Source of the DNA: Minisyncoccota bacterium
GTDB taxonomy: Bacteria > Patescibacteriota > Minisyncoccia > Phycocordibacterales > UBA9973
Assembly: GCA_035353995.1 (NCBI GenBank)
Contig: DAOQAL010000001.1
Coordinates: forward strand, 145,464 to 209,463
Reading direction: 5' to 3'
DNA length: 64,000 nucleotides
Shown here: piece by piece, positions 27,325 to 34,378 of the stretch
Position numbering within the stretch: the first letter of the stretch is position 1
How the letters are laid out: each line of letters opens with the position of its first letter
The notes under the pieces: model-generated
Databases searched by the model: none
What the model was told of the DNA's origin: nothing
Seen by the model: only the letters and a program-made list of their open reading frames with translations
Position numbers and translations under genes: made by a program

Positions 27325-27337
27325 CATTTTAATTTAT

Positions 27338-27523
27338 ATGGCAAAAACATCAGTAAAAGTTAGGGCTTTAAAAAAGCCGAAATTTAGCACTCGAGCAAAG
27401 AATCGATGTTTTCGTTGTGGTCGCGGAAATAGTTATATGAGAGACTTCGGTGTTTGCAGAATTTGTTTTAGAGAATTGGCAAATGAAGGAATGTTACCTG
27501 GAGTAAGAAAGTCTTCTTGGTAG
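27338..27523 (+). CDS. rpsN: 30S ribosomal protein uS14 (zinc-binding type Z)
   Basis: 61 aa; CxxC and CRxC; PGVRKSSW. Confidence 0.96.
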   Translation: MAKTSVKVRALKKPKFSTRAKNRCFRCGRGNSYMRDFGVCRICFRELANEGMLPGVRKSSW

Positions 27524-27551
27524 TTAGTAAATACTATAAATAATAAATTTT

Positions 27552-27938
27552 ATGGATTCAATCTCAAACATGATAATAATGATAAAGAATGCAGGTCTTG
27601 CACAAAATGAGACTACTGTTTTTTCTTATTCAAAAGTTAAGAATGCTATTCTTGAATGTTTAAAGAAAGAAGGTTTTATTTCAGATTTTTCTAAAAAAAC
27701 AAAAAAGGGTGTTCCAGTTCTTGAAGTTAAATTAGTTTATACAAATAACAAGCCAAAAATTTCAGAAGTACAAAGAATTTCAAAACAGTCAAGAAGAGTT
27801 TATTTTGGAGTAAAAGATATTTATCCAGTTAAAAATGGTTCGGGTCTTTTAGTTCTTTCAACGCCTAAAGGAATTTTGTCTGGGAAAGAAGCAAGACGTG
27901 AACTGGTCGGTGGAGAAGCATTGTTTAAGGTTTGGTAG
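27552..27938 (+). CDS. rpsH: 30S ribosomal protein uS8
   Basis: LKKEGFI, RISKQSRRVY, LSTPKG, VGGE. Confidence 0.96.
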   Translation: MDSISNMIIMIKNAGLAQNETTVFSYSKVKNAILECLKKEGFISDFSKKTKKGVPVLEVKLVYTNNKPKISEVQRISKQSRRVYFGVKDIYPVKNGSGLLVLSTPKGILSGKEARRELVGGEALFKVW

Positions 27939-27969
27939 TTTGATTAAATCACTATAAATAATTAAATTT

Positions 27970-28506
27970 ATGTCAAGAATAGGAAAACAAGAAATTAAAA
28001 TACCAAAAGGTGTTGAAGTCACACAAAATGGTGAAACAATAACCGTAAAAGGACCAAAGGGAACACTCTCAAGAGTTTTTCGTAGTGATATAACAATAAC
28101 TATATCAGCAGATGGAAAGATTGTTTTGAATGTAAACAGAAATGATAAATTTTCAAAATCTCTTTGGGGAACATATGCTTCACACATAAAAAATATGATA
28201 AAGGGTGTTGAGGTTCCATATCAAAAGAAATTAATTTTGGAAGGAGTAGGATTTAAGTCTGAAGTTAAAGGAAAAGAACTTGTTTTCGCTTTAGGCTTTT
28301 CTCATCCAGTAATAGTTAAAATTCCAGATGGAATTACAGCAACTGCAGAAAAAAATATAATTACAATTTCGGGTATTGATAAAGAATTAGTTGGGTCTTT
28401 TGCTTCTTCTGTAAGATCTTTAAAGAAACCAGAGCCTTATAAAGGTAAAGGTATGAGATATGAAGGGGAAGTTATCAGAAGAAAGCAAGGTAAAAAGACA
28501 GCATAA
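27970..28506 (+). CDS. rplF: 50S ribosomal protein uL6
   Basis: MSRIGK, LGFSHP, PEPYKGKG. Confidence 0.97.
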   Translation: MSRIGKQEIKIPKGVEVTQNGETITVKGPKGTLSRVFRSDITITISADGKIVLNVNRNDKFSKSLWGTYASHIKNMIKGVEVPYQKKLILEGVGFKSEVKGKELVFALGFSHPVIVKIPDGITATAEKNIITISGIDKELVGSFASSVRSLKKPEPYKGKGMRYEGEVIRRKQGKKTA

Positions 28507-28524
28507 AAATTTAAATTATAAAAA

Positions 28525-28866
28525 ATGATAAACAAAACAGAAAAAAGAATAAGATTAAAGTCAAAAATTAGAGCAAAGATACAAGGTACTTCAGCACGTC
28601 CTAGACTTTCTGTTTTCCGTTCAAATAAATTTATTTATGCTCAAGTAATAGATGACACAAAAGGAAAGACTTTAGTTTCTGCAAGTGATGTTAAAATAAA
28701 AAAGGGAACAAAGAGTGAGAGAGCAAAAGAAGTAGGAAAATTAATAAGTAGTGCTTGTATTTCTGCAAAAATTACTAGTGTAGTTTTTGATAGAAATGGT
28801 TTTAAATATACTGGTCGCATTAAAACAGTAGCAGACGAAGCAAGAGCTGGCGGTCTAAAATTTTAA
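28525..28866 (+). CDS. rplR: 50S ribosomal protein uL18
   Basis: RPRLSVFRSN, VVFDRNGFKYTGR. Confidence 0.96.
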   Translation: MINKTEKRIRLKSKIRAKIQGTSARPRLSVFRSNKFIYAQVIDDTKGKTLVSASDVKIKKGTKSERAKEVGKLISSACISAKITSVVFDRNGFKYTGRIKTVADEARAGGLKF

Positions 28867-28875
28867 TTAAAAAAT

Positions 28876-29433
28876 ATGGAAAAAGGAAACGAAAAAAGAA
28901 ATAGTAGACGATCAAGTTCTTTTACGAGACCAAAACCAGAATTTGACCAGAAAATTTTGGATATTCGTAGAGTTACAAGAGTTGTAGCTGGAGGACGAAG
29001 ATTTTCTTTTAGTGTTGTTTTAGTTGCTGGTGACAGAAAAGGAAGTATTGGATTAGGATTAGGTAAAGCTGGAGATACATCACTTGCTATAAATAAAGCT
29101 TTAAGAAATGCAAAGAAAAATATGATTAGGCTTAAACTTACAAAAACATTTTCATTGCCTTATGAAGTTTCAGCAAAATATTCAAGTTCTCAAATAGTTT
29201 TAATTCCTAATAAAGGACGTGGTTTGGTTGCTGGTTCTGTTGTTCGTGATATAGTAAAACTTTCAGGAATGAAAGATATTACTGGTAAAATTTTATCTGG
29301 AACTAAAAATAAATTAAATAATGCAAAAGCTACTATGCTTGCTTTGAAAGATATTTCAACAAAATATTCTGCTCCATCTGTAGAGACACAAATAGTATCT
29401 GGAAAAGAAGAAGTTATTGTTTCAAATAATTAA
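28876..29433 (+). CDS. rpsE: 30S ribosomal protein uS5
   Basis: RRVTRVVAGGRRFSF. Confidence 0.96.
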   Translation: MEKGNEKRNSRRSSSFTRPKPEFDQKILDIRRVTRVVAGGRRFSFSVVLVAGDRKGSIGLGLGKAGDTSLAINKALRNAKKNMIRLKLTKTFSLPYEVSAKYSSSQIVLIPNKGRGLVAGSVVRDIVKLSGMKDITGKILSGTKNKLNNAKATMLALKDISTKYSAPSVETQIVSGKEEVIVSNN

Positions 29434-29439
29434 ATTTTT

Positions 29440-29751
29440 ATGCAAATACATAATATTAAAAGAGTACATAAGAATAAAAAGGATAGAATTGTAGGTCGTG
29501 GAGGAAAACATGCCAAAACTTCTGGTAGAGGAGGAAAGGGGCAAACAGCTAGAGCTGGAAACAAAAGACGACCTGAACTTCGTGATATTATAAAAAAGTT
29601 ACCTAAAAATCGTGGGTATCATTTTAAGTCTGTTCGCAAACCGACAGTATTATTAAGAGAAAAAACTATTACAACTGCTGGTAAACAAGAAACATTTTCT
29701 GAAATCAGAAAGCGTTTGAATATCAAAGGAGGAAAAATAAGAATAAAATAA
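29440..29751 (+). CDS. rplO: 50S ribosomal protein uL15 (short form)
   Basis: VGRGGKHAKTSGRGGKGQTARAG, KKLPKNRG; lies before secY; only 103 aa. Confidence 0.88.
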   Translation: MQIHNIKRVHKNKKDRIVGRGGKHAKTSGRGGKGQTARAGNKRRPELRDIIKKLPKNRGYHFKSVRKPTVLLREKTITTAGKQETFSEIRKRLNIKGGKIRIK

Positions 29752-29753
29752 AA

Positions 29754-31025
29754 ATGGAAAAATTTTTGGGAAAAATTAAATTAATTTGGACCGATCCATC
29801 ATTAAGAAAAAGAATACTTTTTGTTCTTGGAGCTTTTGTTGTTTTTCGTTTACTTTCTTCTATACCAATACCAGGAATAGATGCTGTAGCTCTAAACAGA
29901 TTTTTGAATAATAACCAATTCTTTGGAATATTGAATATCTTTTCTGGTGGAGGACTTTCTAATCTTTCTATAATAATGCTTGGTGTTGGACCTTATATTA
30001 CTGGATCAATCATAATGCAATTATTAACAATTATGGTTCCTTCTTTGAAGAGACTTTATCACGAAGAAGGGGAAGCTGGAAAAAAGAAATTTGTTCAATA
30101 CTCAAGAATGCTTACTATCCCTCTTGCTGTAATACAAGGTTTTTCTTTGCTTGCAGTTCTTGAAGGACAGAAAATTTTGGTAAATCTAACAGCTTTTGAT
30201 AGAGTAACAAATCTTATAATAGTAGTTGCTGGTGCTATGCTTATTATGTGGATTGGGGAACTTATGTCTGAGTTTGGTATAGGTAATGGAGTGTCCCTTA
30301 TCATTTTTGCTGGTATCGTTTCTAGATTGCCATCTGGAATTAGCCAAATATTATTTACATTCGATGTTTCTCAAATACCAACATTTATATTACTTGTTGC
30401 ATTTGGAATATTAGTAATTGCTGGTGTAGTCATAGTTACAGAAGCAGAACGTCCTATTCCTGTAACTTATGCAAAAAGGGTACGAGGTTTAAAAATGTAT
30501 GGTGGTGGTTCAACATATTTACCACTAAGAGTAAATCAAGCTGGAGTTATTCCAATAATTTTTGCTTTGTCTATTTTGCTATTTCCACAAATGATAGGTA
30601 ATTTTCTTGCAAATGCAACAAATCCTGTTCTAGCAAAAATTGCTACTACATTATCGTCATTTTCTCAGACTAGCTGGCTTTATATGGTTTTGTATTTTGT
30701 GCTTGTTTTCTTATTTACTTATTTTTATACTGCTGTCACATTTGATCCAGAAGCACTATCAAACAATTTGCAAAAAAATGGTGCATTTATACCAGGTATT
30801 CGTCCAGGTCTTTCAACTTCAACGTATATTTCAAAAGTTTTAAATAGAATAACTCTATTAGGAGCTGTCTTCCTTGGCATAATAGCTATTTTGCCTCTAA
30901 TAGTTAGAGTAGCTACTGGAATTACTGCAATAGCAATAGGAGGAACATCACTTCTAATCGTTGTTTCTGTTGTGCTTGATTTGATAAAGAAAGTTGATGC
31001 TCAGATATCAATGAGAGAATACTAG
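29754..31025 (+). CDS. secY: Preprotein translocase subunit SecY
   Basis: LGVGPYITGSII, GIGNGVSLIIFAG, GAFIPGIRPG, GGTSLLIVV. Confidence 0.98.
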   Translation: MEKFLGKIKLIWTDPSLRKRILFVLGAFVVFRLLSSIPIPGIDAVALNRFLNNNQFFGILNIFSGGGLSNLSIIMLGVGPYITGSIIMQLLTIMVPSLKRLYHEEGEAGKKKFVQYSRMLTIPLAVIQGFSLLAVLEGQKILVNLTAFDRVTNLIIVVAGAMLIMWIGELMSEFGIGNGVSLIIFAGIVSRLPSGISQILFTFDVSQIPTFILLVAFGILVIAGVVIVTEAERPIPVTYAKRVRGLKMYGGGSTYLPLRVNQAGVIPIIFALSILLFPQMIGNFLANATNPVLAKIATTLSSFSQTSWLYMVLYFVLVFLFTYFYTAVTFDPEALSNNLQKNGAFIPGIRPGLSTSTYISKVLNRITLLGAVFLGIIAILPLIVRVATGITAIAIGGTSLLIVVSVVLDLIKKVDAQISMREY

Positions 31026-31026
31026 T

Positions 31027-31596
31027 TTAGTTATCTTTTATCCACTCGTTGTATTTAGATATAATAATTTGAACAACCTCGAAGAGGTTGTTTTTGTTTG
31101 TGTCTATAACAAGATCAAAATTGTTTTTGTCTGTGTGGTCAATGTTATACAGTTCTTTATATCTTTTTTTCTCGCTTTCTAATCTGTCTGTTATTTTTTT
31201 ATAAATTTCTTCTTTAGTTGATGACTCTTCACTACTTTTTCTTAATAGATTTTCTTTTAAATCATTCGCTATTCTGTCTTTTGCAATTTCAAGAGGTAAA
31301 TCTAAAAAAACTTTAAAAGAATCTGGTATCCAATGAAAAGCAAGACGAGAGTCAATTACAATTTGGTTTTCATTCGCTAATTTTCGTATTTCTTCATCTG
31401 TCATTTTGTCTATTCTCGTATCAGTTTCTGCAATTTTTGAAACTTGATTTAATGAAATTCCAAGCTTAAGTCCGATTTGACGAAAAAAATCACCAGATGA
31501 AAAATGTCTAAAATTAAGTTTTTGTGCAACTAATTTTGCAGTACTAGATTTTCCACTTCCAGGTGCTCCAGCTATTGTTATAATTTGTTTTTTCAT
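31027..31596 (-). CDS. cmk: Cytidylate kinase, archaeal-type
   Basis: ITIAGAPGSGKSS, FSSGDFFR, IDSRLAFH, RYKELYNID, FDLVIDT. Confidence 0.8.
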   Translation of the reverse strand: MKKQIITIAGAPGSGKSSTAKLVAQKLNFRHFSSGDFFRQIGLKLGISLNQVSKIAETDTRIDKMTDEEIRKLANENQIVIDSRLAFHWIPDSFKVFLDLPLEIAKDRIANDLKENLLRKSSEESSTKEEIYKKITDRLESEKKRYKELYNIDHTDKNNFDLVIDTNKNNLFEVVQIIISKYNEWIKDN

Positions 31597-31654
31597 ATAT
31601 ATGATAAATAATATCATTATTGATTTTTAAGCTCAAATTTTGTATTCTTAAAGA

Positions 31655-32242
31655 ATGCAAACACAAACTTTCGTATTTTTTGGTCAAGTTGGCTCTGGAA
31701 AGGGAACTCAGGTAAAATTGTTGATGGATTTTTTGAAAAATAAAGATAGTAAAGAACAAGTATATATTTCTACTGGTTCTGAATATAGAAAATTGATTGA
31801 ATCTGGCAACATTACAGGCTCTTTAGTTAAACAATCTATTGAAAAAGGAGAGTTACAGCCTGATTTCTTAACAACATCTATGTTTACTAATGTTTTAATT
31901 AATTCTTTAAGCGAAGATAAACATTTATTTGCTGATGGATATCCTAGGACTGTATTTCAATCTCAAACTTTTGAGGCAATGATGAAGTTTTATAAAAGAG
32001 ATTTAATAAAAATTATTTATATTAAAGTTGGCAAAGAAGAAGCAACGAAAAGGATGTTACTAAGAGCAAGAACAGATGATACGAATGAAGGTATTGCAAA
32101 AAGATTTGATGAATATGAAAATAATGTTATTCCCGCTATGAATTATTTTCAAAACAAAGATGGATATACAATTTACTCTATAAATGGTGAACAAACAGTC
32201 GAAGAAGTCCACAAAGAAATTATTAAAGCATTAAATTTCTAA
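31655..32242 (+). CDS. adk: Adenylate kinase (short form lacking the large LID)
   Basis: GQVGSGKGTQ, ISTG, DGYPRT, RTDD; position after secY. Confidence 0.85.
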   Translation: MQTQTFVFFGQVGSGKGTQVKLLMDFLKNKDSKEQVYISTGSEYRKLIESGNITGSLVKQSIEKGELQPDFLTTSMFTNVLINSLSEDKHLFADGYPRTVFQSQTFEAMMKFYKRDLIKIIYIKVGKEEATKRMLLRARTDDTNEGIAKRFDEYENNVIPAMNYFQNKDGYTIYSINGEQTVEEVHKEIIKALNF

Positions 32243-32243
32243 A

Positions 32244-32927
32244 ATGAAAGAAGAAATAATTGTTATATCACTTGGTGGTTCATTAATCGTGCCTGATCAG
32301 GTGGATGTAGAGTTCTTAAAAGATTTTAAAGAACTTATTTTATCACAAGTTAAAAATGGAAAAAAATTTGTTATTGTTACGGGTGGCGGAAAATTTTGTC
32401 GAAGATATCAAGAAGCTTTAAAAAACTTAACATTACCATCAGGTGAAGATTTGGATTGGCTTGGTACATATTCAACTCGTTTTAATGCGGAATTTTTACG
32501 TTTAATTTTTGGTGAATTAGCTTGCAATGAGATAATAACAGACCCAACATTACCAATATCTTTTGATCATCCTATTGTGATTGGTTCAGGATGGAAACCG
32601 GGATGGAGTTCAGACTATGATGGTATTTTGCTTGCAAAGTCAGTTGGTGCTAAAAAAATGATTAATTTATCAAATACAGATTACGTTTATGATTCAGATC
32701 CGAAATTAAATCCTAATGCACAAAAAATTGAAAGAATTTCATGGAAAGAATATCGTGAATTGATTCCTAAAGAATGGAATCCTGGATTAAATTCTCCATT
32801 TGATCCTATCGCTTCAGAAATGGCAGAGAGGGAAGGTATTGAGGTTACAATAATGAATGGAAAACCTATTAGCAATTTAGAAAGTTACATTAATGGAGAA
32901 GATTTTCAAGGAACTATAATATATTAA
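32244..32927 (+). CDS. pyrH: UMP kinase, archaeal-type
   Basis: VISLGGS, VTGGG, GWKPGWSSD, YVYDSDP, PFDPIAS. Confidence 0.9.
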   Translation: MKEEIIVISLGGSLIVPDQVDVEFLKDFKELILSQVKNGKKFVIVTGGGKFCRRYQEALKNLTLPSGEDLDWLGTYSTRFNAEFLRLIFGELACNEIITDPTLPISFDHPIVIGSGWKPGWSSDYDGILLAKSVGAKKMINLSNTDYVYDSDPKLNPNAQKIERISWKEYRELIPKEWNPGLNSPFDPIASEMAEREGIEVTIMNGKPISNLESYINGEDFQGTIIY

Positions 32928-32932
32928 AAATT

Positions 32933-33700
32933 ATGATAACAATAAAAACAAAAGAAGAAATAGAAATATTAAGAGAATGTGGCAAACGTTTAGCATTTGT
33001 ATTACATAAAACAGCAGAAAAAGTTGCTCCAGGAGTTTCTACTTGGGAACTTGATAAATATGCTGAAAAGTTAATAAAAGAAATGGGTGATTACCCAGCT
33101 TTCTTAAATTATCTACCAGAAGGGGCTAGCAGGCCATTTCCAGGGTCTCTTTGTGTCTCTGTGAATGATGAAGTTGTTCATGGTATACCTAGCAAAAAAA
33201 GGATTTTGAAAGAAGGAGATATTGTTTCTCTTGATTTGGGTTTACAACATAATGGACTTTTTACAGATATGGCAATTACTGTTCCAGTTGGGGAAGCAAG
33301 TCCAGCTTCTTTGAAATTAATTAAAACAACAGAAAAAGCTTTAGAGGTTGGTATTTCTGCTGCATGTGGTGGTGCAAGAGTTGGCGATATTGGTCATGAA
33401 ATAGAAAGTTTTGTAAGACCACAAAGGTATGGGATAGTAGAAATTTTGGCTGGACATGGAGTAGGAAGGGCAATACATGAAGATCCTTTTATACCAAATT
33501 ACGGAAAGAAAGGCGTAGGCGCTAAATTGGTTCCTGGTATGGTGATAGCAATTGAACCAATGTTAAACAATGGTACAAAAAATGTAACACTAGAAGATGA
33601 TGATTGGACATTTAGAACTGCTGATAGAAAAAAGAGTGCTCATTTTGAACATACCATTCTTATTACAGAAGGAGAGCCAGAAATTTTAACAAAAATGTAA
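32933..33700 (+). CDS. map: Type I methionine aminopeptidase
   Basis: SVNDEVVHGIP, GHGVG..IHEDP, AIEPM, SAHFEHT. Confidence 0.97.
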   Translation: MITIKTKEEIEILRECGKRLAFVLHKTAEKVAPGVSTWELDKYAEKLIKEMGDYPAFLNYLPEGASRPFPGSLCVSVNDEVVHGIPSKKRILKEGDIVSLDLGLQHNGLFTDMAITVPVGEASPASLKLIKTTEKALEVGISAACGGARVGDIGHEIESFVRPQRYGIVEILAGHGVGRAIHEDPFIPNYGKKGVGAKLVPGMVIAIEPMLNNGTKNVTLEDDDWTFRTADRKKSAHFEHTILITEGEPEILTKM

Positions 33701-33735
33701 ACTAAAAAATCCCCCATTGGGGGATTTTTTAGTTT
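33699..33735. terminator. Bidirectional terminator after map
   Basis: AAACTAAAAAATCCCCC-ATT-GGGGGATTTTTTAGTTT. Confidence 0.88.
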
Positions 33736-33736
33736 G

Positions 33737-34303
33737 TTATTTACTTAATTCCAAAATTCTTTTTTCTCCATTTTCTCTCATCTTTGTTAGGAACATTCTG
33801 TGTTGTTCATTGAACTGAGCTTGTAGTGCTACTGCATCTTCAGTTTTGCCAATTTCCTTTTTTAAAGCAATTATTTTTTCTGTAAGTTTTTCTCCATCTT
33901 CACCCATTTCATATTTTTCTGCCATATTTTTGTAATTTCCACCTGCTTCTATTGAAACTCCTCCTACTCCAGTTGAGTATGAAGCTATATGATTTAAATC
34001 AAGCAAGTCATCCTTTAGTATTTCTTTAAGTTTTTCTGGATCTTTTATTTCAGAAATCGTTTTGGCTTTGAACAATTTCATAATTTTTTCTCTTATGCTA
34101 TTCCTCTTTTCCTCAGTTCTTTTTTCTACAAATTCATTATTTTTTGCTACAGGTTCTTTTACTGTTTCCGGATTCAAAATCCTCTTAGCTTGTTTAATAA
34201 CTTCTTCTTGTCCATTAATGTCTTCTTGCACACCAATGTTCTCATCAACTTCTTTTCTATTTTCTCCGTCTCCTTTAGGAGGCATTTCTTTTGTTAAAGG
34301 CAT
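33737..34303 (-). CDS. Hypothetical charged helical protein
   Basis: 188-aa ORF ending at the terminator; no recognisable domain. Confidence 0.7.
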   Translation of the reverse strand: MPLTKEMPPKGDGENRKEVDENIGVQEDINGQEEVIKQAKRILNPETVKEPVAKNNEFVEKRTEEKRNSIREKIMKLFKAKTISEIKDPEKLKEILKDDLLDLNHIASYSTGVGGVSIEAGGNYKNMAEKYEMGEDGEKLTEKIIALKKEIGKTEDAVALQAQFNEQHRMFLTKMRENGEKRILELSK

Positions 34304-34378
34304 ATTTTTATATATTTAATCTAATAATATCTACATGTATATTATACATCTTTTTTAATTTATTGTATAATTGACCCA

